A stretch of DNA of 61,439 bases, counting the filler, from Choristocarpus tenellus KU-1152 (lineage: Eukaryota > Protista > Phaeophyceae): assembly GCA_964200185.2 (NCBI GenBank). It is 9 parts of 9 records of this genome, joined end to end, with 100 filler letters (N's around TTAATTAATTAA, not from the genome) between each part and the next. Parts side by side here need not be neighbours in the genome. Positions count along the whole stretch, not along the records: positions 1 to 3,431 come from CAXNAD020020073.1; positions 3,532 to 9,337 come from CAXNAD020009706.1; positions 9,438 to 19,686 come from CAXNAD020003042.1; 6 more parts are not named here. The stretch is one strand, 5' to 3'. Of this stretch, positions 1 to 10,603 are shown in pieces (positions within the stretch are counted from its first letter, which is position 1; each line of letters begins with the position of its first letter). A program made the translations under genes and the position numbers. The notes beneath the pieces were generated by a model, which did no database searches, was not told where the DNA came from, and worked only from the letters and a program-made list of their open reading frames with translations.

Positions 1-1342
1 GTTCACGGTTCCATGTCCTTTTTTTTTTTTGTTTTACACCCCTCCGCATGAATTGCACCTCAGTCACACTAAGAACAAAAAACACTTCAGAAGAGGGTGT
101 CATCACCACGACATAAACCATACCAACTAGCAGCAAATGGGACGATCTGCATGTTGTCGCATTGTGCCGATACAACACATTCACCGATGTATCAGCATCG
201 CGTACACCCTGAGTAGAACCAAAAAAAAGTATTTGAGATGCAGACGAGGTCGCACTTTAACGAAACCTAAAAATGGGAAGAGGCGTCATTATCTACAGTT
301 ACAGAAAGTGCCTTCGCTTTTTCTTTTTTTTTTTATAAAGGTGGAATATAAATGTTGCAATGCACTATTGTGCATGGGGTAGGGATTATGGCTTAGAGTG
401 CAAAACGGCCCAAACCTGCCTACCTCTCTCCATAACCTTGTGGCTCAGAATCGAAATTCCAGAGTGAAGTCAGTAGTCTTACTTGTGATGCATGCAAGGT
501 CTCAAGGAGATTTTGGGGCAATCGCCACTGCATCATCACCATGACAATCATAGTGCAGCAACATGTGAAGGAACACTGAAAACCACATTTCTGTCTTTGG
601 CATTGCCAAATTCGAAAGGATCATTGTTTTCGCATGCCTCTCACACAGGCTCAATCCCAAGAGTGAAGTCCCTGCAACCATGAAGGAAACATCAATGAAT
701 CTGCGTCAAACTTGTATACCAAAAAGATGTCACACACAGGATAGTTTTTACTCTCTTACCACAAGTCGTTCGCTCTCATTTCCAACCCAGAAGCCAGAGA
801 CTTGTCTATTTTTCAAGCTAAGTGATTGATGTGTTGATTGATGCAGCTTACCGAAAACTGTGTCCAGAACTTTGTAAGGTATGTTGTATTGGAGAGGGAG
901 AGAGTGCATTCAAAGTTGGACTGGTCACACAAGTGTGGTGTTACTGTTGGTTGTAAAGATTAGATAGTTCGTCAATGGGGAAGGAGATAGTCCCTTCATG
1001 CATCACCAACTAATAATAGGACCATAACTTAAAATAGGTGTGTTCTTAGCCTAGCACCACTAACCCCTACACAAGAAAGAGAGCCCCCTAACTCAGTCTT
1101 ACACAATGCCATGTGTGTCTGACAAGGTAAGACAAGTCCCTGGTTCAGCCCTATCCAGCCACTTGTGAGAACCACCTCACCAACTAAACCAGTACCCACC
1201 GTGTGCATCAATCCCAGTCCAAGATCCACCTAGTCCCAACGCCTTCTACAAGTAGAGGTAAGTCAAAAGGCGAAAAATACTTCGAAGTACCACAATGATA
1301 CTAGAACCAGACAAAAATGAAGTAACAGAATTCAAGCCTGCC

Positions 1343-1864
1343 TCATGCGCCCTCTTCAACCTCCACCGCTTCAGACAGTCCATATTTCACGATCAAGTCG
1401 TTTACAGAGTTGAGCGCAGCCAGGTCCTCCCCAGGAACCTCCTCAAATAGATCCACGTACTCATCCCGAGGTCCAACTCCTCCTCCCACGCCCAGATTCC
1501 TCAACCCTTCTTGCAAACCCCCCAACAGGCCTTTCCACGCCGCCGGTACCTTTGCTCCAGTTCTCGCCCTTCCCACCTCCCCTTCTACAGCTTGAGACCT
1601 CAGTTCCGGAAAAGCAAACCCGAATGCTAGCTTGTAGTCTCTGGGGCCGGCTGATACGAGACCCGAGTAGTGGCATCCGAGCACCCGCGTAAATGCCCAG
1701 TCATCGCAGACGCTCTCTACAAAACCTTGAACATAACCAAGTACACGCCCCAGCACAAAGGTTCGAAGGACGGGCGATACGATCAGCTTCCCTGCCACAA
1801 GGTCAAACGTGGAGGCCTGCGCTGGTCCGAGGAACTGTACCTGCAAGGCCATCTTTGCCCAGCC
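1343..1864 (-). CDS. Terminal exon of a DUF4336-family protein gene (upstream exons lost at the contig end or unresolved)
   Basis: Pyrimidine-rich acceptor tgtgtgtctgtcgcag|GGC TGG GCA AAG. Translation GWAKMALQVQFLGP..FDLVAGKLIVSPVLRTFVLGR..FVESVCDDWAFTRVLGCHY..AGPRDYKLAF..PGEDLAAL matches, by eye, the DUF4336 C-terminal pattern (GW.RM.L..LFVAPIL..W.F.RIIPCH..AF). Stop codon at 1343-1345. Confidence 0.75.
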   Translation of the reverse strand, partial: GWAKMALQVQFLGPAQASTFDLVAGKLIVSPVLRTFVLGRVLGYVQGFVESVCDDWAFTRVLGCHYSGLVSAGPRDYKLAFGFAFPELRSQAVEGEVGRARTGAKVPAAWKGLLGGLQEGLRNLGVGGGVGPRDEYVDLFEEVPGEDLAALNSVNDLIVKYGLSEAVEVEEGA

Positions 1865-2360
1865 CTGCGACAGACACACACATGATAGGGGGGGAGGGGG
1901 GTGGGGGGGGGGGGGGGGGTGGGGAGCGCTGAAGTTGTCCCATTGTACAAAGCATCTGAATAGCATTTGAGGAATAGTGTAAGTGGACTCTACCTCTAAG
2001 ATTTCGAGAGCAGGCAAGACTTTTGACTCGATCGAACAACAATAGAACCGTGGTAAGAACGAGAATCAATCAGTGGGTATATATCCCATCCCACCCAGAT
2101 CCAGGCGTACTTGGTTAGCAAACGATCTGTCACAGTCCGGTCCTTGGGTCACCCTTCCGGTACAGTACACAACAGTTGTTGGGACCGTGCTTCCACTTCG
2201 AGTTGAGACACAAGTCGTGGGTTCCGTCCCCCCAACGCAATTTAAACTACAACTCTTAAAAAAGAGTCGCCTGCCTGTATCATGGAACCAGTATGTCGTG
2301 TTGAGGCGCTTGCTCAAATACTCATCCACTCTTCTGTACCAGAGGTAGCATGCATGGGTA

Positions 2361-3120
2361 CCAGGGCTTGGGACTGGACGGGATAAATGTGGTGGAACCA
2401 GGAAGTGAGCTGGCGCCAGTGAATTAGAGTACTTAACAGGACCGATCTAAGGCCATCAGGGACTTGGACCAGTTTTTTTTAAAGCTATAAAAGGGTCGCT
2501 ACAGCCCTGTAAGAGGTTCTAAACGGACCGGGTCCTGGGCTGACCAAGGTGAATCATGGTTCAACATGGTCGGTCCAGGTCCGTCATAGACTATACCTGG
2601 ACCATGGCACAGTCCCCTTAAAACATTGATTGCACAGAATCAGTCTGTTAGCTTTTGGTTCATCACATTTCGATGATGAGGGTACTATGCCAGGTGAACA
2701 GAATTTTAAACATCCTTTTATTCCCATATTTAATATTGGATGATTTGGGAGTTGGACAGGCATACGTTGACTGTGCGGGTCCAATCCATCTTGACTGGGG
2801 CTGGATCAGTCCAGTTGGTAAAACTGTCTATTCTATCCACATGACCTGCCAGAGATTTTTTAACCAGGCCAGACCAGGAGACTGGAATTCGAAACACTGT
2901 GATTAAAAGGGCAGGTCCTGGGTTACCAAATGTTTAAAACCACACCGAATCATAGGGTGACTCCGGTGAAATATGACTTAAGGGTTGACCCAGGACCTTG
3001 AGAGATTGTAACCAAACTGGGGTGTTTGCTGACCCTGACTCTAGCAATATACATGTCAAGGCTTTTCATCTGTCTGGTACTGAACCAAACTGAGCCACCA
3101 CGGCCCGGCATGAGACCCCA
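2361..3120. repeat. Probable non-autonomous DNA-transposon remnant in an intron, rich in short GGACC/GGTCC/ACCAGG motifs
   Basis: Dense dispersed short motifs in both orientations, beginning ccagggcttggg. No credible ORF; termini not established. Confidence 0.3.
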
Positions 3121-3303
3121 ACATCGAAATACTTCAACATTGAAACACTTCAACAACAAAACAAACAAAAAAAATCTAAAAAAGTTTTTCTCACACACAC
3201 AAACAGAACCGAGCCCAGCTTCTTCCAACCCGACACCCATCTGCCACCGTACCGCCTACGCCCGCGGGGGTCAAACGCCTCCTCGCCCCATCATCCCATT
3301 CCT

Positions 3304-3364
<61 letters not shown>

Positions 3365-3431
3365 TCGCTCCTCCCTCTGCGCCGCGCCCGGGTGCGCCGC
3401 GGTCGGGGCCGGGGCGGGGGTCGTGGGGGGG

Positions 3432-3531
3432 NNNNNNNNNNNNNNNNNNNNNNNNNNNNNNNNNNNNNNNNNNNNTTAATTAATTAANNNNNNNNNNNNN
3501 NNNNNNNNNNNNNNNNNNNNNNNNNNNNNNN
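3432..3531. other. Artificial contig spacer (N44-TTAATTAATTAA-N44)
   Basis: Identical 100-bp construct with six-frame stops, also at 9338-9437, 19687-19786, 22576-22675, 32890-32989, 49299-49398, 54411-54510 and 57157-57256. Confidence 0.98.
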
Positions 3532-3716
3532 AGTGAGCTTCAAAGCTCAAAGGGGGTCATCACCTTACGATTCACATATTCTAATAACCCGTCATTCAGT
3601 CCGTTGTACTATAATAACCCGCGGACAATATTTTCGTTATCCAACAATACTTCAACAACTCAATGTTTCTCCCACAGAATCATATTTTACACATAATAAA
3701 AAGCATATACTTAACA
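3532..3716 (-). repeat. 3' LTR of the Copia element (truncated by the contig end)
   Basis: About 4 differences from 7440-7625 over ~185 bp. Confidence 0.93.
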
Positions 3717-3728
3717 CACTCCCCTGCT
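3717..3728 (-). promoter_or_regulatory. Polypurine tract (AGCAGGGGAGTG) abutting the 3' LTR
   Basis: Purine-rich 12-mer directly followed by TGTTAAG on the minus strand. Confidence 0.85.
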
Positions 3729-3788
3729 TTGAACTTCAAGTGAAAAATACCACCACAAAACATTCTTTGACATATCTTCAACCAAAAA

Positions 3789-4785
3789 TCAATTCCACCT
3801 CATTCTACGCATGACAACACTGGAATACCTATTGAAAGACTCCTTACACAAACCCTTAGTAAATAAATCTGCGTGTTGAAACTCCGTTGGCAAATACCCA
3901 ATTGCTATCTTGCCTTCCCTCTCCAACTGATGTACATGATACCTAATGTCAATGTGCTTGGTTCTATCCCCAGATACTGCCTTCTTAGCAATCTTGATTG
4001 CACCTTCATTATCCTCAAACACAGATACAGGGTAATCCTTACAAAGTGGTTGCAAGAACATATGCACTTGCTTTAGGAATATAACCTCATTCCCCAACTC
4101 ACACAGTTCAACATACTCAGCCTCAGCAGTAGACATTTTTTTTTTATTGATCCGGCGCCCACCGAGATCTACACATCCTCNNNNNNNNNNAACCGTTTTC
4201 TGCTTTCTCGACCACCAATCTACACATCCTCCCCCAAATATCACAACACCTCCTGAAATAGATAATCTACTCTCTTTACAGTTAGCATAATCAGCATCAG
4301 TATAACCAATTAACTGATCCCTCAGCCATCAGCAAGTCATCCACATGGACAATCATGATCATCACAGTCTCACCATCCACAATAATTCTGAACAGACATG
4401 GATCTGCCTCAGATTGTTCCAAGCCCAGTTCCAGGAAAGTTTCCACCAGCAGAAAGTTCTAGTTGTCCTAGTCCCGCCTTGGACCTCTGCACTCTCCCTT
4501 TTCCATCCATCTGCCTCGGTCAAAAACAATCTTTGTCCCTAGTGCCTTGTAACCATCAGTGGAGCGAGGCACTTGAATCCACACTCCCCTGCTATCCAGA
4601 TCATCCACTTCTTCATGAATAGCAGCTTTCCAAAGAGGCCACTCCTCAGACTCTGTCGCTACTCTCACGGTCTTAGGTTCTGGTGGGAGGGGTTTGTTTT
4701 TCCCACCCACAAGTAGACCAACTAGTTTTCGCTCATACCTTGGTGTCTGTATCACCAGGTTCAGATGGGGGGTCGTGGTTATCAT
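3789..4785 (-). pseudogene. Copia RT / RNase H remnants
   Basis: RT start at 4468-4785, VHVDD motif near 4335-4350, RNase H at 3789-4310. Contains large deletions, frameshifts and a 10-N gap. Confidence 0.88.
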
Positions 4786-5763
4786 CCACTAGTCGCAGTA
4801 ACAACTTTCCACCACTCCCCTGCTGTGACGTAGGCGGATCCATACCACCAGCACCAGTGTTCAGCATCCCATCAGTACGTCCATTTTCCAAATCCAAACC
4901 CACTTTTTCCGAAGATACGCCTATTGAAGTCTTTTCCTCTGTGACCTCTTTTTCCGATCCCTAAGAAATTTCCTCCAGCACCAAATCTTCAGTGCTCAGC
5001 CCAAAGTCATCTTGCTTCTCCTCCAAGATTCCATCCCCACGCAGCCCCCATGGGGTAGTGACAAATGCTCCCGCCCCACCCTGGGCGAGCTCATCAAATG
5101 ATATAACATCCTCCTCTGACGTTGCTTTCGGACTATTTGACCCCCCTGGATCAAACTCTGGCGGAGTCATCTTTGGGGTAGGTCCCTCCCCCCCAACAAT
5201 CCCCTCTGGGACAATGGCATTAACTTTAGCCCCCTCAGGGGAAAGTGTACTCATCGCTACTTCATCTTCCATTGATATAGTAGCCTCCAACATCATTCCT
5301 CCACACCCCTCTTGGGCGAGATCGAAATCGCTAACCCCAGTGTGGGTTAGGTCGATACCTCCAGCTTCATCCTGCGCAAAATCAAATTTTCTAACCCCTT
5401 CCTGGGCGAGGTAATCAGATGCCACAACATCCTCCTCTGATGTTGTGTTTTCTCCATTCGATCGTTTCAGATCAACATGTACTGCAGTCACTTCTGGGAG
5501 AGGCCTCTCCTCATCAATAGTCCCCCCTGGGTCTATGGCATCCCCTGAACCTCCCTCAAGGGTATTCACTCCTGTCGCTGCAACATCCACCTCTGACATT
5601 GCAGTCTCCTCAGATTGTCCACCTTTGACGGTATCTCCCCCAGCCCTTGTCAGGGCGAGTGCGTCAGTTCCCGCCTCCCCTTCGGCTAGAACTAGTCCTG
5701 ACACAATCCTCTCTGTCATGTCAGGCACTTCAGGTAGTTGTCTTGAGGGAAGGTTAGGAATTG

Positions 5764-7258
5764 TCAAGAAGCAAGCGCTTTCAATGTAAACAATCCATTA
5801 TTCTTCCCACTTGTCTTCACAAATTCCAATCCAGGTCCCCCAGAAGAAGGGGTTAATCGCAGAGAATTTTCCCTTTTCCAATATAATTCTCCCCCTGATT
5901 GTTCCCCCGCTTGTATCATTGAGAAGAGATTAAATTTTAACCCAGGAACAAGTGACACATTGTGCAAGATGAAGTTGGAAACTTCCCCATTCTGTACCCA
6001 AGATAGTGACAAATTACCTATGGCTGAAAATTGTAGAACCTTTCCATCCCCAACAATCACCGATGTCCCTACCACAGGTTTTGGATCTATTAGAGCAGTA
6101 GGATTGTTTGTCATATGGACCGAACACCCACCGTCAAAGAGCCAAAGTTCATCCACTTCAACTATACTTCCATCATTGCTCACAGATGAGAATCCTCCAA
6201 GCTGAACTGGTGTAGCACTTTCTTTCTGTTCACCATCACCAGCTTCACCAGTGTTGCTTGCATTGCCACTCCCCCTCCCTTTACATTGTTCTTCTTCCTT
6301 CGGGGAGCTTGTCCTAAAGATCGTTGACCCGATTCTCCCAGACCACCATAGCGTTTGGGACAACGGTAAGCCTTCCTCCACAATGCCAGCACTCCGCACG
6401 TTTTGGCTGCCGATCCTTCACAAAACCTGCATTTCCGTTCCTGGATCGGGGACCTCCAACCATCAATGCACCTCCATTATTGCCCATCCTTCGTTCATGT
6501 TGTCGTTTGCGAAGTTGATACGTTTCGCAAACTCGTTTTTGGAGATCCATCCGTGCTGCCCAACCGCAACCTGTGACTTGGCGAATCTCAATGAAGTACT
6601 CGTCAGTCAAACAATAATGCACCGCGCTTAGTTGTTGTTCTTCGCTGGGTTCATCATTCAAGGATCGCATTTTCATAACTATGCTATCCAGTTCCAAGAT
6701 GACTGTAGCCGGATCTTCACCAGCAGGTAAATGTAGAGAATTGAGTTTTGATCTCATCGTAGCCCTTTCTGTGATACCACTTCGCCTAAAATGGTTCCGT
6801 AAGGCTTGATAGGCCTCCGAGGGACTATCATGATTGCATGCCACCTTTTCAGCAAACCCGTCCAAAGCCATCGCCATTCTCGCCTTGTCTATTTCTCGTT
6901 CTGACCATCTTGATGCGTCAAAGTAATCGCTGCTGACTCTGCTGTGATCATCAGATAACAGTGTGTCTTTCCAGTCCCCCATGGCAGCACACGAAAGAAA
7001 TTTTCCCTCGAACATGGCAAATCCGTCACCGTCATCATCACCACTGTAGACCTTGAATGTTGATGGCAACGGAATCAATCGTTTTAATCTTCGCCCCGTT
7101 GGTGCCCCCTGTTGTGCGGTTCTGCTAACCACCCCTTTGTCTTCTTCATCATCCGACTCGACCACCTCTCCACCTTCTTCAACTGGTGTTGTAAATGTCG
7201 TATCTCCATACTCCGCTCCTCTTGAAGTACGTCTTCCATAATCGACGGCCTCCTCCAT
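5764..7258 (-). pseudogene. Copia gag plus aspartic protease, frameshifted in the zinc knuckle
   Basis: ORF 6314-7258 is gag-like and contains CWHCG, whose continuation (EEGLPLSQ) lies in ORF 5764-6399. That ORF carries WLFDGGCSVHMT and VPGLKFNLFS. Confidence 0.85.
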
Positions 7259-7394
7259 CGGGACTCCCCCTCAAATCAATTAAACGCTAGCCTTGAGAAC
7301 TTAGCACAATTCAATAAGTCGTGCTAGCTAGCACGTTAAAGAAATTGGTGTTCCCAAACTTATGTATGTAAATAACTCGATTATTTCCTCATAA

Positions 7395-7625
7395 TGTAGA
7401 ACAGGTTGTACATGAAGTAAGGAAGTTGTAAGAAAGGAGAGTGAGCTTCAAAGCTCAAAGGGGGTCATCACCTTACGATTCACATATTCTAATAACCCGT
7501 CATTCAGTCCGCTGTACTATAATAACCCGCGGACAATATTTTCGTTATCCAACAATACTTCAACAACTCAATGTTTCTCCCACAGAATCATATTTTACAC
7601 ACGAATAAAAAGCATATTCTTAACA
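7395..7625 (-). repeat. 5' LTR of the Copia element
   Basis: 7440-7625 matches the left LTR. The inner boundary at 7395 (..TCTACA on the minus strand) is tentative. Confidence 0.85.
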
Positions 7626-8813
7626 ACGAGTATGCGTAATATAATACATACAATATCATTGTGGAAATAGGGTGTAGTTTCATCACTTTTTTTACCACAT
7701 TTTATTGTGTTTTGTGCTGTTTGCACGATGTATATATCTCCAGCCACTAGCACAATGGGTGCATTATACACGGAATGAAAATACATACATCAATGTGTTA
7801 CTTGTGTGTGTGCGTGTGTGTCTGCACAGGTTATTGAGAGGGGGGACCACGGGGGGTGGATGCGCCACACTGTACACATGGGAAAAAAGGCAAGACGAAT
7901 GTGGTGGAGTTCCACCCCCTGTGAAGACATATGTGTGCGGGGAGGAAACATTGGATGGTATAGAGGTATTTGCTCGTCTCAGGGAAGTGAGCACATATAT
8001 GCATGATTCATAACCCCTGTTGTGCGAATTTGGGTGAAAAAAAGATATTCGTATGGAATCCATACGTATATATACATCCTTTACTAGAAAACATACATGA
8101 AAGTTTCAGAGGGGAGAGAGGGTGGTGGAGAATCTCTAAGCATCAGAACGTACTGCATCTGTTACAGGCGATATGTCTTGATGATGGTTTCCATGTTACC
8201 AAAGGTATTACCTGCATGGAACATAGTATGATAGCAGATGTTGGAACCATAAAGTAACCGACATCTGAACTGATAGCAATTTATGTAAGATGTTTTATTT
8301 ATTTATTTTGTCCTTTTGTGTTTATGAATATTTTTTCTGTATACATCAGGTACCTGACCCCCTTTATTCGATATATTTTTTCTCCTTTTTATTTTATATT
8401 ATTCTTTCGTTTTATTTTTGGATCTTCCTTTTTTTGTATCTGGCTCAAAGTATCTGGGTTAGGGTTAGAGGCCGACGCTGATGTTATTGCCTGTTTTACG
8501 CACTAGCAGCCGCCAGTACGCTTTGTGCTGGGGGGCATGAGACAGGCAATAACCAGATGATACTTGGCACTCTAGAGGGAAGCTGTTTTTTAGAGAGAAT
8601 GAATATATCCTCAGATTAGTCCAGATGTCGACAGATTTTTCCCAAGTTAAGGATAGATGTTGAGGACCTAGTAGGAGTACGGTATCCTTTTTCTCTCCTT
8701 CCTTTTTTTGCAACAGGATGATCTGAGGTGATTGATGATATCTGTTGTCTTCACTGGTGAAAATCGCCTGTGGTAAGCGTGAAACATGTATTGCTAGTTC
8801 ACGCTGGGGGTCA

Positions 8814-9315
8814 TGTTACAGGCGAATAGCGCGAGTGTTTCTTCTTGTATTCGAATGAAGTGCAAGTATTTGTTACACGCGAATAGCGCGAGCATTTTCT
8901 CATGTTTTAGGAAATACGAACATTTGTGACAGATGTATAGTGTGAGGATTGTTTCTCGAGTTCTGACAAATACAAACTAAATATGATATTAGTAACACAT
9001 AGGTAGCCTTACAGAATAAATGATGATTTTGTAGAAGATGCAGAGTAAGATTCGGAATACCTACATATAACATCACAGAGGAAAATGTCAAAGTCACTAA
9101 GAAGTTGAAGAATAAAGGTTTATGATTGGAGTAACTATAGAGCAGTTGATAGAAGACCAAAGAAATTGGGTGGATGATGAAAATAATAAGAGGGCTTATA
9201 GTGGAAACACGTTTACCCCTCTTTTGCCAGTATTATCTTTTGAACGAATATTGAGTCAAGCTTTGAGCTAAGCACTGAGTGGAGTATCAAGAGAAGGCTA
9301 TCTGACACCCTACAA
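8814..9315 (+). repeat. LTR-like interspersed repeat beginning TGTTACAGGCGAATAGCGCGAG (copy 1, start duplicated at 8814 and 8871)
   Basis: Colinear similarity to 13098-13495 in another contig (ccttac.gaataaatg, agaagatgcagagtaa, agaataaaggtttatgatt, gagctaagcact). TG start. Confidence 0.65.
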
Positions 9316-9437
9316 ACTGTTGTAAAAGGCAACGCCCNNNNNNNNNNNNNNNNNNNNNNNNNNNNNNNNNNNNNNNNNNNNTTAATTAATTAANNNNNNN
9401 NNNNNNNNNNNNNNNNNNNNNNNNNNNNNNNNNNNNN

Positions 9438-10603
9438 GCGTCACAAGCCTAATCGACCACCCCTTAGTCTTCCTTGCCCCTGACAAGATTTCTGAGTTGC
9501 CCTTGCCCGTGTGGGGGGGTGGCACCATCTCGTGAACGACAACATGCTTCCCTTGCAACCAAGGCATCTTGATCTTGATTGCAGGCAGTGTCTCCTCCGT
9601 GTGCCACTTCCTGTATCACAAATGGTCTAAAGTACAGTCCTGCTCATACACACCACCCTTTTTATGATTCTTGCTTGTCCTGCCTGCCGTTTTTGGCGCA
9701 CACACACGCCAAACACCAAGCTTTCCATCAAAAATGTGAGCCGAATCTGGGTGGGCGTTGGCTGCAATGATCATGCTTTTCGGATATGACTCTTGTGCTG
9801 TACAGTAGGGGACCCTGGAAGGTCGCTATCATCCTCATGTGGAAATACCCTAAGCCTTTCCCCATCAGCCATAATGTAAAACCAGGTTTCATCCACATGA
9901 ATCGTGTTCGTCATGGAGGCGTACGGGCCACATTTCCGGTCCACTTGATCACAAATAAAGTCCATTCTCCATACCTTTTGCCACGATTTAAGCTTGGGTT
10001 TGATTCAGTGGTGATTCGGCATGGCCCCCATATCATTCAACCACCTGTTTGTGGTGCTGATGCCATAATTCAGTCCCTTGGCGGCCATCTTCATTGTCAC
10101 CTGATGCACTGCGGATGACTGATTATTGGAGTTGATATTATGTATTGCGGCCATCTTAGTTGGTGTGAGCTCCAAAGGCCGCCCACTACGTGTTGTCACC
10201 ACTAGGTCAAGCGTGTGGCCATAGGCAAGCAGCCAGGCCAACGTGTCACAGCAGTTTATGCTCACCAGGGACTATTGTGAGGGCGTGCTGCACTGCAAGC
10301 GCAACCCTGGTATTCAGGGACACTTGGGCACTCTTCTTACCGGGGGGGTCGACTGGGGGGTTGCCATGCCGACGTTCTGACCCTCGAATTGCCCAGTTCT
10401 GGGCTCAAAATCCCCCCCAAAGACCCCTACGTTGACGGCTTGAAGCACCTCGAGTTTGGACCTGATGATCCTCTGCCCCCACCTTTTCTGAAAGCTGAGA
10501 TTATCAACCCTATTTCATTCTGTGGGGTTATCGTTCGATCCGGCGCCATTCTCGCTCGGCGAGCCCAGACTTTTCACGGAACAAACTTATGGCACAGAGG
10601 TAG
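9438..10603 (-). mobile_element. Decayed Tc1/mariner transposon of the DD39D (plant mariner/Stowaway-mobilising) type
   Basis: Frameshifted transposase with RSGRP..LT, IKPKL, IHVDETWFY and VQHKSHIRK..FDGKLGVW. The terminus TA|CTACCTCTGTGCC at 10603 resembles the Stowaway TIR (CTCCCTCCGT) with a TA target. The 3' end is missing. Confidence 0.8.

Larger units (their letters stand above)
3532..7625 (-). mobile_element. Ty1/Copia LTR retrotransposon, internally deleted (no integrase, partial RT)
   Basis: Direct repeats 3532-3716 and 7440-7625 start TGTTAAG on the minus strand, with a PPT abutting the 3' LTR. Order is gag, protease (WLFDGGCSVHMT), linker, RT fragments (EPKT..W..AI.EE..L; EADPCLF..VHVDDLL), RNase H (GYTDADYA..WWSRKQKTV..STAEAEYV..EDNEGAI..RTKHIDIRYH..QHADLFTKGL). 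Confidence 0.93.

Noticed and set aside
3026-3431. Poly-Pro ORFs here and at 19735-19983
   Set aside because: They derive from poly-C/G homopolymers at contig ends, probably low-quality sequence. An upstream DUF4336 exon may lie here but cannot be phased.
8441-8470. Telomere-like GGGTTAGGGTTAG
   Set aside because: Only about 2 units, next to a MITE terminus; not a telomeric array.
8465-8760. hAT-like motif SVDIWT (and FIKKHPVLWSLF at 28894-29088)
   Set aside because: Isolated short motifs without supporting domains or TIRs.
9438-10603. Fanzor/TnpB cargo in the mariner, or an endogenous giant virus elsewhere in the window
   Set aside because: No RuvC or Zn-ribbon motifs and no viral core genes seen; EsV-1-7 repeats alone are common host genes.
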